DNA of 60,241 nucleotides, filler included, from Stramenopiles sp. TOSAG23-3 (GCA_900128585.1; 6 parts of 6 records of this genome joined end to end with filler, not necessarily neighbours in it); one strand, 5' to 3'. Shown: positions 43,598 to 56,008, counted from the first letter of the whole stretch. The notes: a model not told the origin generated them from the sequence alone. Numbers and translations: made by a program.

Positions 43598-44744
43598 GAT
43601 TACCGGGCTGGATCAGTAACTATACCAACAACAATGAAACCTGTACAAGCTCGCGGCTGTGTACTAATAAAATTATATTTCCCTAACGAGGGAATGAACG
43701 GCGTACTCGTCAGTGCACCTTCTTTCAAAAACACGTCCCTGTGATCTGTTAGCTTTCGGTTTCTCTGTAGCCAAGAGAGGCGCAATGAAGAGAAATATAC
43801 TTCCTGGTCTTACAAAGTTCTGAACATTTTCTAAAGTACACTTTTGTAAAAACTGCAGCAGCAATTTATATTCCACCGTGGTGTATAGACTGACAACAAT
43901 AACACCGTTGCCGTTAAGATAAATGCCTGGAGGATGGATGATGTTTTTTTAGTCTACATCGTACATCATGATAATATTATAAGCCTAATATATAAATATA
44001 CATTGTATTTTATTACTAGATTCCTTCTTCTCAATATTTATAACAACAACTTCTGCTGCGGTATTATTACCGGTACCGTAGGTATTCACGCTGTTTTCAT
44101 CCCCGTCGTTATTATTTTATTATTTATAATGTAATGGCATTAATACTGGTATAATACACCTCCTATCTAGTCTATTATTTAGATAATACAATTTCCCCGG
44201 CCCTCTGGTTGGCTAATCGTCTACTCGTACTTGAAATGAGCTTGCTTTTCTGGATGTAAACATTATAAAATCAAAGCAGTCGTCCTCGTACAGTTCGTAT
44301 TTCTTCTTCTTCTATTCTTCGTTTCTTCTGTAATTAAATTAAGGTAAATTTAACAAATTATGATGTGAACCAACGATTTATAATATCAACACAGCATATA
44401 ATATTCTCATCGTACGCCATGCGCCATTGTTATTATATACAAAAATATAAATCATCGACGGAAAATTTTTTCTCCGAAGGACCACCACCTGTACAGGTTT
44501 ATACCAGGTACGGTATATGGCAACACCACAGGGAACAGGGACAAGACAGAAGAAGTAATAAAACAAAAAAGAAGGGGGGGGGGGACAAATAAACAAACTG
44601 TACAAGAACTGAACGAGAAAATAAATATAATTCGAAATGAAAAATGATTTAGTGAAATCAAGATTGCATGGTTAAATTCTATTTTCATTCTTTCTCTTCC
44701 CAAAGACAGCGTATTTGTAATCGGCCAATCGTGAAATAATCACC

Positions 44745-45308
44745 ATGTCTACCCCCCTTCGAGGAAAGATCAAAAGTGACCTACGTGCCCTGGATCAACT
44801 CGCAGCCGTGCATTGCTGGACCCCATCCTCCGCAAACATTCGCCCGGGTGAAAAGATTATTGTACAAAAGCAACATTTACTGGAGCAGGTAAATACATTT
44901 TATGAGTCCTTTAAAGATTATATTCATGATAGTATTTTTCAGTTTCAAATGACCTTGAATGAAAATGGGAAACTCAAGTCGATCGTTGAACCGGGGCAGC
45001 AATCAAAAACTTTGTCGCCAAATTTGTTCCCTTACAAATTGCCAGAAGGAACCTCGCACTATGTTTTGTGGTACACTGATGGGTTTGGGGAATTGCAAAC
45101 GCCCAGTGATTCTCAAATAACAGCGGATATAGACCAGGAATTAAAGCGTATATACAATGTGACAGCAAGCCTTACGGATGAAGTCGAGGTGCCGGAGTTC
45201 GTATGGTACGAAAATCCAAAAATAAACAGAGAAATTTATCACGTCCAAGTCTTCGTACGAAGTCCAGAAAAGAGCATGGTTGTTGAGGAGTGTAAATATT
45301 GTTCGTAA
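44745..45308 (+). CDS. DUF3605-like hypothetical protein
   Basis: PNLFPY.LPEG..HYVLW and FVWYENP......YHVQVF motifs. Confidence 0.6.
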   Translation: MSTPLRGKIKSDLRALDQLAAVHCWTPSSANIRPGEKIIVQKQHLLEQVNTFYESFKDYIHDSIFQFQMTLNENGKLKSIVEPGQQSKTLSPNLFPYKLPEGTSHYVLWYTDGFGELQTPSDSQITADIDQELKRIYNVTASLTDEVEVPEFVWYENPKINREIYHVQVFVRSPEKSMVVEECKYCS

Positions 45309-45414
45309 AAGGCATCCTCTCTGAAAATCCATTTTAATGCCAGTAAATTAATTACATAGTGTACCTTCACTTTCCTAATTCTCCTTCGGGCGGGTTACCC
45401 TTTCGCTTTTATTC

Positions 45415-47124
45415 TCAGTACTCCAACACCTGCAAAACGTGCTTCAACATACTGCCCATTTCTCTAAGAGACTGGTCGCTCAACCCTTCTGCACGATGGC
45501 CAGCGTTCTCGTAGCTTCTCGCAATCATTGCCTCAAACTCCCTTAGTTTAGGTACAAGAACCGTTTTATCAAAGTCTTCCCGAGCTCCAAAATCGTCAAT
45601 AACAATCGCAACGGTGGGCAAACAGTACTCTAAAATGTTTCTCGAGGGCCCCTTGACTTCGCAGTGAACAACGATCGTCTCAAGCGACCCTATTATGTTT
45701 AAGACGTGATCTAAAATAGACCCTGCGTCAACGCTCATCCAGGTACTGATCAATCGAAAGCACACGGACAACGCCTCTACAAGCCCTAGATTCGGCCCAT
45801 CAAAAGAGCACCCGTTCGCCTTCAACGCCTTTCCAGCGTAGTCAACAATATCTAAACTAGCATTCACCACGTCAACAAAGGAGTCACGAAGCATCAACAA
45901 CTTATCTGCTGGTAAATCTTTCCACATCATGCTCGCCTCTTTGTTGCTGGAATCTTCCTCTGTGGCCAACAGGTGCACAACGGAATGTTCCACTATACCG
46001 TAACACGAAGCCATGGTGTCCAACGATTTCCTAGCTGCCGCCTTATCTTTACTGCCATCATCGACTACAACCCGAGCAATGTCGTCTGAATTAACCCTGG
46101 ACTCAATCATTACCAATTTGGCCATAAGAACACAGAAATCGCTTGGTTTTCGATTGGCACGAGCCAGCCCGCGGCTAATGCACCAGCTGGATTGCTGCGA
46201 TGAAACCATGTAATTGAGCAAACGAAACAGGTTCGGCCGGTGCTTCATTGGTATCTTGTTGCGCATCATACGGAATAGACCTTCGTGAATAAAATCTTCC
46301 CAGCCCGACTTTCCTGGAGACGTGGCCTCCAATGCATTGCTCCCATTTTCGAAAAAGAGCGCAAGCGCAGCCATTGCATCAAACACCAGGGAACTTTCCG
46401 TTATGGTCGCAAATGCGATAGACAGCGCTTCAACACAAGCCTTGGCATCGGGCTGTTGCAAATCACCTTTCGAATCGCTCCTGCACAGTTGAGTTAAAAG
46501 ATACATTGCGCACACCTTCGACGTATGAGAGCTCGCGCTGGACTTTAATTCTGCCGCAAGAGCTTGAGTAGTGCGCACAGATCCATTAAGAGACGAGGCG
46601 AGAGCCTTGGTCACAATTGTGGGGTTTGCACGGCAAAGTGCCACTAAGCACTGCGCCGTCTCTTCTCTATTTCGGGCATTTACGGAGCAAAAGTGGGAAA
46701 GTAGCTGGTCGTTTATGTCCAAAAACGTTTTTGCTACTTCTTGGTCTTCAAAAAGGTACGATAAAATGACAAGTGCGAGGTCTCTATATGTTTGGGAAGC
46801 GGTGGCTTTTTCGTTGCCCCCAGGAGGCGTTGCAACAAACAGGCGGCGCAGAAAGTCCCCCCCTAATGCCTCAAAAATCAGTTTCCGCGCGTCCTTTATC
46901 CCAAAGCAACCTCCATCTGTGCTGTTCGCTTCCGTGCCACTGCCGGCGGCAACGTTTGAGTCCTGACTAGGGGCTCTATTTTGTAGAGTCTTGGCTAAGA
47001 AAAGGAGACCGACGAATCGGTGTTCATCCGACGGCCCCTTCAACAGTTTCAAGCACTCACCGAACGAGTCAGTCGAGGCTGCTAGGGACGACTTCGACGT
47101 GGGCGGCGGGCCTGTCCCTGCCAT
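45415..47124 (-). CDS. NCDN: Neurochondrin family (ARM-like) protein
   Basis: N-terminal CLKLLKG.SDEHRFVGLL.LAK and IFEALG.DFLRRL signature; helical repeat composition. Confidence 0.78.
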   Translation of the reverse strand: MAGTGPPPTSKSSLAASTDSFGECLKLLKGPSDEHRFVGLLFLAKTLQNRAPSQDSNVAAGSGTEANSTDGGCFGIKDARKLIFEALGGDFLRRLFVATPPGGNEKATASQTYRDLALVILSYLFEDQEVAKTFLDINDQLLSHFCSVNARNREETAQCLVALCRANPTIVTKALASSLNGSVRTTQALAAELKSSASSHTSKVCAMYLLTQLCRSDSKGDLQQPDAKACVEALSIAFATITESSLVFDAMAALALFFENGSNALEATSPGKSGWEDFIHEGLFRMMRNKIPMKHRPNLFRLLNYMVSSQQSSWCISRGLARANRKPSDFCVLMAKLVMIESRVNSDDIARVVVDDGSKDKAAARKSLDTMASCYGIVEHSVVHLLATEEDSSNKEASMMWKDLPADKLLMLRDSFVDVVNASLDIVDYAGKALKANGCSFDGPNLGLVEALSVCFRLISTWMSVDAGSILDHVLNIIGSLETIVVHCEVKGPSRNILEYCLPTVAIVIDDFGAREDFDKTVLVPKLREFEAMIARSYENAGHRAEGLSDQSLREMGSMLKHVLQVLEY

Positions 47125-47767
47125 TGGTTTGTGTTTCTAAGTGGCAAATTGTTTTCAGATCACAGTCAAAGCTGTCTCGTTTCACAATGGCCCTTACCCT
47201 CTCTTAAAATAGTTCACTGTTTGGTCTGATACTACATTGAGAATGTGCTATCGTGACGCATAAATTGTTATTAGTGCATCTCAAGTAATAAGGTCTCATT
47301 ATTAAACAAAACTTGGTATTTAATTTGAGACCGTCCGCCGTCGTTCGTTCCTATTATATTTATATTATTATTTCACAAAAATTCATTCGTCTCTTCATCA
47401 TTCTGTTGTAGTATACCTGTACCGTATTAATACCTGGGAACCGGTACCTGTACCTTTTCTTCACTCGAATTATTCCGTACGGTAATAGTAATACTATGGA
47501 AAAATTAATTTTAATACCCCCCCCCCTCTTCTCTCTATTATTGTATTATTATTGCTATTATTATATTACACCCAATGACGACTAAAAAAATGAAATAAGG
47601 AGGTGGTGAGCAAAGTAAAATGATGATATTGAATACGGCATGTATTGTGTTACGAGATTTCGTACTGCACAGGCACAACACACCTATTAACTCTTTTCTT
47701 AACGATCAGATTTTGCACATTTGATGACAGATTCCGACGACGAGGGGTCTTCTTCATTGCTGGTGGG

Positions 47768-48422
47768 TTATGATTCCCCAAGAGGCTTTAATTGGACAGC
47801 GTATTTGTTTTTGCTTGGTGTACTGGTCGGGGTATTTGCGGCATCCTTTTCCTCCTCCAAGAGCTCAGTGTTCATGAAACTGGCCTTCATCTTTTTTCGG
47901 ATGAGCTTGCCCCTCAGTTTGTGCTTCAATCCTCCCCACCCTTTTATCTTGTTCTTTTCATAAAAATGCGCCTTCATTCCGTTTAAAAACGACGTGGCCC
48001 AATGAGGGTATGTGGAAATCAACCACTCGACGTCCGACCAATGCAATGTACAGCATAATCAGAAACGTGAAAAAGCAACGAAAGCAACTTTTCGATTTTT
48101 TTTCTGGAGATTGCGCGGGTTCATTACCATTCAAGGACGTTCTTTCTGTTGTTCCACTCTGCTGTTCTTTTAATAATGGCTCCGAGTCAGTGTCATAATT
48201 CAACAGTTTGCTGGACATATTCGTCCTCTTGAGCAAGGATTTGATGGCATGGTCGTTTCCAGATTCAACTGCTTTTAACAATTCCCTTTCAGACGTTATG
48301 AAATAGTGGGGAGACGTTGATGGTTCGACCATTCGTATCGTTCGATCCTTCTTACAAATTTTTGCCTGTTCTGGTTTCACAATTATGCACATTTCCAAGG
48401 AAGGGCTGAAGCATTTCAACAA
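47768..48422 (-). other. Possible fragmented or spliced gene (two overlapping ORFs in different frames)
   Basis: Coding-like composition between AT-rich spacers, but no single continuous ATG-initiated frame and no recognisable domain. Confidence 0.3.
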
Positions 48423-49191
48423 AACAAAAATCGATTGTCGCTTACTGGCGTTCGTCGGTAACGTTTTTGATATAAAATATGCATATATGCATATATATAT
48501 TTTAAATTAATTTATAACTAAATTTTCTTTCTTATTTTTATTATATGTTGTTATTATTATTAATTAATTAATTATTTTATACTTTTACTTCTTACTATTA
48601 TTATATAATTTAATACTCATCTCTCTCATCATATTTTTTTAATTTTTTATTATATTTTTAACGACGCGTCTTCTTCTTACTTCTACTGTTATAATAATAA
48701 ATAATTGTATAATAAAATAATAAATACCAAATTGGTACAAAATACATTATTTTGTTAGATAGAGGAACATAAGTATAACTTCTCGTATTAGTATTTATAA
48801 GTAATATTATTACTATGAATGAACGGAACTTCTTTTGAAAAAAAAAAAAGAAATTATAATTTAATAATACCATCATGATGATGAGAGTCTTCTCATCTCA
48901 TATTATTTTTTAATGATTTTGAATTACCGTTCCCTTGGTACAGATCATACTAGTAGTACCGGTATTAGTAGACGACGACGAGATTGAGATTGTGTTGAGA
49001 AAATTTTGGTGTTCTTGTCCACCGTATGCATGCCTTCCTAGAAAAATCCCTCCGAGAGTTTTGTTCAGCACAGACTGTGGTCAGTTAGGGTCACTTTTAC
49101 TCACAAATGTAAACGTGATTGGTACTTGTCGGACGCCCCACTTTATTATAGCAGCTTTGTGCTTCTTTTTTACCCAGTGTTGTTGGGCGAC

Positions 49192-50184
49192 ATGTCCAAA
49201 ATTGGGGCATTGCTTCAAACGTTTCCAGAGATGATTGTTCTGGATGGGGGATTGGCTACACAACTTGAGCATATGGGGTTTATCCTAGATACAGATCTTT
49301 GGTCGGCTGCTTTGCTGCATAGCAAGCCCGATGCAATTGTTGAGGCCCATAAACTATTTTTAATCGCAGGCGCTCAAATAATAATTTCAGCAAGCTACCA
49401 GGGAAGCACGAAAGGTTTTATGGACGTTTTAAAGTGTTCCAGAGACGAGGGAACGGCACTACTTTTGAAGTCTGTAAAACTTGCTCAGCAAGCAAGAGAC
49501 GAGTACATTGCGGAACGCACTGGGCAAACGACCGTGCCCATTGTTGCTGTGGCGGCCTCCTGTGGCCCTTATGGTGCGGTGCTTCACGATGGGTCAGAGT
49601 ACACCGGCGACTATAGCAAGCTAGGGTCACGCGTGAGAGACGTTCTGGAAGCTTTTCATCGCGAGCGCTTGTGCAACACATTGGATTCTACGGGCGCTGA
49701 CGTCATTGCCATAGAAACTATTCCAAGTTTTATTGAAGCTGAAGTGTTGCAAAGTTTGTGTCAACTTCTTAAAACGAATTTTTGGGTAACATTTTGCTGC
49801 AAGGACGGGTTTCATTTGTCGGATGGTTCAAAAGTTGCCGAGGCAGTACTTCTGTTTTCGAAGTTGGACCGCTGTGTCGCAGTCGGAGTAAATTGTGTAC
49901 ACCCCAAATTTGTGACTTCGTTGGTGAAAGAAATCAAAAGCACCGGTATCCATGGTCACAAAAGAATAATAGTTTATGCCAATTCTGGAGAGGTATGGAA
50001 TAGCGAGGATGCTTCGTGGTCGCCGGACCCGGAAACGGACGGGGCAGATTTTGTAGACTATACGAGTGAGTGGGCAGCAGAGGGGGTAAGCATGATTGGG
50101 GGTTGTTGTCGAGTCTTCGACGCATCGATACAGCAACTTTGTACAAAATTCAAAGCAAAAGATCTTGAGAGACTCTGCGTATGA
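49192..50184 (+). CDS. mmuM: Homocysteine S-methyltransferase (MmuM/HMT family)
   Basis: VLDGGLATQLE, LWSAALL, GPYGA.LHDGSEYTGDY, and Zn ligands GVNC and GGCC. Likely ATG at 49192. Confidence 0.92.
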   Translation: MSKIGALLQTFPEMIVLDGGLATQLEHMGFILDTDLWSAALLHSKPDAIVEAHKLFLIAGAQIIISASYQGSTKGFMDVLKCSRDEGTALLLKSVKLAQQARDEYIAERTGQTTVPIVAVAASCGPYGAVLHDGSEYTGDYSKLGSRVRDVLEAFHRERLCNTLDSTGADVIAIETIPSFIEAEVLQSLCQLLKTNFWVTFCCKDGFHLSDGSKVAEAVLLFSKLDRCVAVGVNCVHPKFVTSLVKEIKSTGIHGHKRIIVYANSGEVWNSEDASWSPDPETDGADFVDYTSEWAAEGVSMIGGCCRVFDASIQQLCTKFKAKDLERLCV

Positions 50185-50393
50185 CACCGCGGGCAGAATT
50201 TATTTTAATTCTTGATTCGCACTTTTAGGAATGAAGCATTTGGAGGAGGTGCCCCAAATATTAAATGCTATGATAAAGCTTTTTTGTTAATCTTCAGATT
50301 TTACCCATCTACACTACGTTACGATTTTAAACTTCTACCTCGTAAAAAGTTTAAACTTACGTATGTTTATATACTTCTAACAGAGTTGTGCAC

Positions 50394-50975
50394 CTAATTG
50401 TCCGGCGCAATTCTTGGTGGGCATGATCCTAAATCAATTGAATCCGGGACACGATATGCGACACCCTTTGAGCCATTTCCCCATTGCAACATTGGGGCGT
50501 CGCACAACATACCTTCGGAAGAGGTTCCCGCGACACTAGTTTTCTTCACCACAATCGTTCCTTCTTCTTCTGTGCTGGAGGCGGGTACACGCGCGCCGAT
50601 GCGGGCGACAATCAACCGGTCGCCCTCGCGCACTTTTGAATCATTTGTTACGACCGTAATGGCCTTTTCCTCCCCTTCTCCAACGTCGACCTTGCATTTC
50701 TTTAGTTTGTCTGATAATTTTTCTGAGGCTAAAACAAGACCACAGCAGTAGTTTTCGTACATTCGAACCCAAGGAAAATCCTCCGGCTCAATAACTTCTC
50801 CACAGTCCGCGCACATCGCTGCAGACGTGCACGAGTATATACTACGGAGTTTTTCGACGCCTTCAAAGCCATCATTATCCTCTTCGCCATCTTCCCTCAT
50901 AAACGTAGTCCCCTCACAAGATTCACACGTCAGCTTGTTCATAAAATAACACGTCTCTTCATCTTCGTCCGACAT
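50394..50975 (-). CDS. Stand-alone tRNA-binding OB-fold protein (PheT-B2/Trbp-like) with an N-terminal CxxC...CxxC region
   Basis: KLKKCKVDVG...ITVVTN...V..GD...VA.IGA.V...VKKTSVAG..SEGMLC. Likely ATG at 50975. Confidence 0.75.
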   Translation of the reverse strand: MSDEDEETCYFMNKLTCESCEGTTFMREDGEEDNDGFEGVEKLRSIYSCTSAAMCADCGEVIEPEDFPWVRMYENYCCGLVLASEKLSDKLKKCKVDVGEGEEKAITVVTNDSKVREGDRLIVARIGARVPASSTEEEGTIVVKKTSVAGTSSEGMLCDAPMLQWGNGSKGVAYRVPDSIDLGSCPPRIAPDN

Positions 50976-51982
50976 ATCTACAGCGCAGCGTAGTGCGGTT
51001 TGAAATGTTTGAACAAAAGTTTTACTGCTCTTCTGTTTTCGCTTTGTTATTTTAAACAATGGTGATAGAGAATGCTCAATTCTGAATTCTGATCGAAATA
51101 AGAAGTCGACAATTTAAAACTAAAATTATTAGTCTATGCATTGATAATAATATTATACATGTATTTACGTATGTATTAATATTTCCCCAATCAACTTCAA
51201 AAATACGGTGTAATAAATAATTGTTGCCTCTTCTTCTTCTTCTTCTAAATTTTTTCTAGTTAATAAAGCTAATTAATAATCCATTTAAAAAAAGAAGAAC
51301 GAACGTAAGATAATAAAACATTAAAAACAAATTAAAAAAATGACAATACGATCCTCCACGCTACACGCTGTAGTATTATAATAATAATAGACTAGTCAGT
51401 TCTAAGTAAATAAAATAATAATTTAATTTAATAATAATAGAGTAGTAGGCGGTGGTCTACGAACGCAATTGAAGTAAACTAATATAAACCTCGATTCATT
51501 CAATGCTGTGTATATATTTTTCTTCGGTCGGAGAGAGTCGTAAAGAAACGAAGAAAAAATAAAAAAGGCGAAGAACGACGACAGAAGACGACATTTTTTG
51601 GAGGAAGAAAAAAAAAAGAACAAACAAAAAAACTTTTCAATCGATCATCATGATATCATCATATATTATAATTATATTAGTCGTCTAATATTCGCGTCGT
51701 CTGAATAATAATAATAAAACATCATCACCATCTCATACTTGGTAATAAATCTTGTTTTTATCTGATATCGTAGATGACAATGAAGGAGAATAGATTCTGA
51801 AACAATTCGAGGGAATGGCGAAGAATGTTATAATGTGCCGGATGCAAAGAATATTGATCATACAACATTTTATTTAATAAAATCGGTCGATATTTGCCTG
51901 CGTGCCCCATAGAGTTTTCAATAAAAGTTTGCCTGGTCTTCCATTGTTTTTCAACTAAGCCTGTAACGTGGTAGCCCTCCCG

Positions 51983-53266
51983 ATGTCCAAAGTAACGTTC
52001 GACGCCGGTGGCACGGCAACCGTGCGCCTCCACAAGCGCGAGCGCGGCTCTTACTTCGGTCACCCTGGCATCTGCACCGTGACTTTTTGCCATGGCGATC
52101 CGAAGACCACCCACGCCGCCCTCAAAACTAAGTTTCTGGAGGTGCTCCGTTCCAACCCCTGGATCGGCGGGCGCTTTGACAAAAATAAAGACCTCGTCTT
52201 CAAGAACACCGACATCTCGGACACAGACGTGAACGAGATTTTAGTCCCAGTCCGCAAGAACGCCGCGGTCAACCGTGCTCAGCCGTACCCCGCACTCGTT
52301 TCTGCTGTCGCTAAGGACGCGAGCATGTCCGTGGTGCAGGGGAACAAGCTGCTAAAGTCCGCAGGTTGCATTACCAAGTGCGTCGTGGTCGAGCCCGAGC
52401 AGCCCGGGGGTGAGTTCGTGATCGTGTTCTCGATGTCTCACGCCGCCGCGGATGGACATGATTACTACCGCATTCTCAACATGGTATGCGGAACTGATCC
52501 CGTAGAGGCCATGAACCCGAAGCGAGTCGAAGAGTACGAAACACGAGAGCCTGAGTGGACTGGCAAGAAGGATTTCAAGTTTCTCTCCGGCGGGGGTCTG
52601 ATGAAGGGCATGCTCACCGGGATGTGTTGCGGTCCAAAGGCCCAGTGGTGTTGCTATACGGTGGACGATGCCAAGGTCGCTGCCGCAAAGGAGAAAAGCG
52701 TGGCCGGGGCCGCGAAGATCGGAGCGAAGGGCGTCGAATACGTCTCCACGAACGATGTGCTGACGTCCCACTTTTGCCGCGCGACTGCGGCCCGCGTGTG
52801 CATGATGGTAATCAACTTTCGGGGCAAGATTCCCGGGCTCCCGCTCACCGAAGCAAACTCCGGGTGCTACGAGGGGTGCCTTCTCCTGGACCCTGAGAAC
52901 TACGCCGACCCCGCCTTCGTTCGAATGTCGCTGAACGCTGGTCTGCCGTACACCAGGCAAATGCCCTCGCCGAAGCTTCCCGGCTGCTGTGGCAGCTGCC
53001 CAATGGCGTTTATCACGAGCTGGGCGAACGGCGCCGTGGGAGGGGGCCGGTTCGACGCATGCAACGTCGAGGGTGTGGAGAAGCAGAATTTGCATCTCCC
53101 GTGTATGGATATGCCGGACATGATGGACGTCGCTATAGTGTTCAAGCCGACGCCGGACAAGTACGGTGTGATCTACTTGGCGAAGCGGGCCAAACCCGAC
53201 GTCCTCTTCGGGGAGGGCACGGTTCTCGGGGAGCCCCTGGGCGGCATGCTGTTCCCTTTGCTCTGA
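51983..53266 (+). CDS. CoA-dependent acyltransferase superfamily protein (HxxxD)
   Basis: NPWIGGR, FSMSHAAADG, VSTNDVLTSHF, INFR and FITSW motifs. Confidence 0.72.
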   Translation: MSKVTFDAGGTATVRLHKRERGSYFGHPGICTVTFCHGDPKTTHAALKTKFLEVLRSNPWIGGRFDKNKDLVFKNTDISDTDVNEILVPVRKNAAVNRAQPYPALVSAVAKDASMSVVQGNKLLKSAGCITKCVVVEPEQPGGEFVIVFSMSHAAADGHDYYRILNMVCGTDPVEAMNPKRVEEYETREPEWTGKKDFKFLSGGGLMKGMLTGMCCGPKAQWCCYTVDDAKVAAAKEKSVAGAAKIGAKGVEYVSTNDVLTSHFCRATAARVCMMVINFRGKIPGLPLTEANSGCYEGCLLLDPENYADPAFVRMSLNAGLPYTRQMPSPKLPGCCGSCPMAFITSWANGAVGGGRFDACNVEGVEKQNLHLPCMDMPDMMDVAIVFKPTPDKYGVIYLAKRAKPDVLFGEGTVLGEPLGGMLFPLL

Positions 53267-54256
53267 AGAAAAGGTTCTGGTTGACGAGAAGACCCTTACT
53301 GCAATTTTCATTCTGTATTTTTAAAATTCGGTTCGTTCTTGGTTCTCGAAAATGTATAATAGAACCCTATAATTATAGACTACGTAATCCAAGTGATAAA
53401 TGTCGCATTTTAAAATTATTTTGGAAATCTACCCAATGATATGCCTATGTAATAAATATCCCTAGTATTATTATTTGGAAGAAGTACAAAGTGTAATCAC
53501 AATAATAAAAAATGATCATGCTGTGTCGTCGTCATCACAATAATAAAAAATGATGAATTTAATGTTTACGTAATCCTCCTTTCTAGGGATAATAATATTG
53601 GATTCTTTCATCATTCTTTTCTTTCTTCTTCTTTTTTTAATTTTTTTCTTCTTTTTTCCGTTATTATTTCGATTTATTTCATACTAGACTAAATAAAAAA
53701 TTGGTTCGTGGTATTTTTTTAAATTATATCGGTGAGTATGAGTATGGTACGGTACGATCGAAACGTTTCAAATCATACATAATATTCCAATAATACTAGG
53801 TACCAGGAGGTATCCTCGTACTGGTTTCTATTAAAATAGACTAGGAACCTGTAGAAACAATTAGAAAAAGAATTGTTTTTTTTTTTAAACTTGAGTGAAA
53901 ACCATTATATAGGCAACATGTACTTGTATTATCTCTTAGAGATAAAGGAAAGCAACATCAAACACTTGTTTTTCTTCTAATAATTCTAGTGTAGAGTACT
54001 TTACAAGTACGTAAATAAGCATATATTAGATAGGAAAATATGTTCGGACAACACAAATTCAAAATAATAACAGGTAATAGCAGGAAAAATAAGAAGAAAA
54101 ACAAAATATTTTTTTTTCTTTTTCCGACTGTCCGATTCGTATTATAATAATTTGACTTCCTTCTTCTCCTCCCTTGGTCACTTGGTATTAATAACGTACC
54201 GGTAACCAGGTACGGTACTAATACTACTACTTCTCAATATCCTAAAAAAAAAAAAA

Positions 54257-54356
54257 NNNNNNNNNNNNNNNNNNNNNNNNNNNNNNNNNNNNNNNNNNNN
54301 TTAATTAATTAANNNNNNNNNNNNNNNNNNNNNNNNNNNNNNNNNNNNNNNNNNNN
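54257..54356. other. Artificial contig linker
   Basis: N-TTAATTAATTAA-N spacer. Confidence 0.98.
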
Positions 54357-54595
54357 TAATATTAAATATAGACTATGATGTTTTAAACTTTTACTACTAC
54401 TACTACTAATCACATTGTTCTTCAACAATTATTGGTTTTCTCTACTAGTAAAAAACAAAGAAACATTTTTCAGTACTACGGAAAATCAATTATTTGCTGT
54501 TGCTTGTAGATTTTATATTCAATTATTAGTAGATTATATAGAGTAACCGTTTTAAAAGTAGAACCGTGGTCCGAAAATAGAGTTGTTTAGAAGCG

Positions 54596-55447
54596 ATGGT
54601 TTCCATACGTTGTTTGGCTCTGAAACTGTATTCTTGGGCAGCTGTGCTTTGTTTTCTCCTGGTAGAGAGCAACGTTGGTGTGTTCGCGTCCCTTACATAC
54701 GACGGTCCCAGGAGACTCGGGTGGAAAGTGCCTACTAAGATCATCGACGATCCTAATCGTGGGTTTGTGCGTGTGCCAGATCCGTCCAAACGTCGCCCAA
54801 TATGGAGTTCCGACAGCCCCGACCCATACGCCCAGAAACCGCTTGACGGGCACGACTCACGGTACTCAAAAGGTCACAGTCGACCTTACTTCCTTCCCCC
54901 GTTGAACGACGAGGTTCAACAAGAGGATTACCGTGATGTGTACGATGATGAGTCAACCGATATGTTAGATGACGATATGCTGGATGTCATGGAGGATGCT
55001 TACGATACGCAAGGTGGTCCCAAAATACGAAAAAAGCGCAAACGCACAAAGTATTTGAAACGTAGCGTAAGCGATGCGATTGCTTGGGCCACGCGACAAA
55101 TACGAAGGCCAAGCCAATCCTGGTACAAATTGTGCCAATCATTTGTTCGCCAAGCCTACGGCGTTCCCGGTTGGGCCGATAGCGCGCAGCTCGCTTGGGA
55201 CAAGATTCCAAATCACAAAAAAACGATCGGCGGGAGCCCTTTTAGTGCACCAAGGGGCGCAGCTTTGTATTACAGCGGGGGGGAATTTGGGCACGTAGCA
55301 TTGGCCACCCGCACCAAATGCCTGTCGAATGACTACAGAAGGTCAGGAAAAATCAATTTTGCGCCTAGAAATTTTCCAAAATGGAATCAGAAATACTTGG
55401 GGTGGAGCATGTGGACGCCATTCGGGGAGATGAGGCCATACTCTTAA
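54596..55447 (+). CDS. Secreted protein with a C-terminal CHAP/NlpC-P60-like cysteine peptidoglycan hydrolase domain
   Basis: N-terminal hydrophobic signal and acidic linker, then AIAWA...W..LCQSFVRQAYG...SA..AW...APRGA.LYY.GG.FGHVALA...YLGW with a Cys/His dyad. Confidence 0.75.
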   Translation: MVSIRCLALKLYSWAAVLCFLLVESNVGVFASLTYDGPRRLGWKVPTKIIDDPNRGFVRVPDPSKRRPIWSSDSPDPYAQKPLDGHDSRYSKGHSRPYFLPPLNDEVQQEDYRDVYDDESTDMLDDDMLDVMEDAYDTQGGPKIRKKRKRTKYLKRSVSDAIAWATRQIRRPSQSWYKLCQSFVRQAYGVPGWADSAQLAWDKIPNHKKTIGGSPFSAPRGAALYYSGGEFGHVALATRTKCLSNDYRRSGKINFAPRNFPKWNQKYLGWSMWTPFGEMRPYS

Positions 55448-56008
55448 TTTCTGAAGAAGACCACAAAAATGTATGTGTGTGTGTGTGCATAAAATACTGT
55501 GTGTATTTTTTAAAGAAACTTTTTTAATTTCTAAATAACGGTACGGGAAAAAGGAAATATGATGGAAAAAAATAAAACCAGCGCGAAGTAATAGTTCAAA
55601 CGCGCTCCTCAGAAAAATCGGAATCATCATCCCCATTTTAAATAGTTTGGTTTTAACATAAACACAGCATTAATATTATTACAATGTATATAATCGCCTT
55701 AAAACAGTGCTAGGATAATGTATTTATTTGTATTCTTATAGACACTACTATAAGAAAGACTAAATATTCTTCTTTTTTCTCCATTTTTTAAGGCTTTATA
55801 TAACTTCTACGGTCTCTCATTCCTATAATATTTATACCTATAATTTGGAATAATACGCACGTCGTACGTCGTAGTACCGATTGATTTTATTTATTCATCA
55901 GCAGGTTAATAAGGGAAGAAAGGGACCGAAGAACGGTTGGATTGATCATCCGGTATGGGATTTTTTGTGAATACACCCGTACGTACTTCTTCTTAATGTA
56001 AAAAAACC

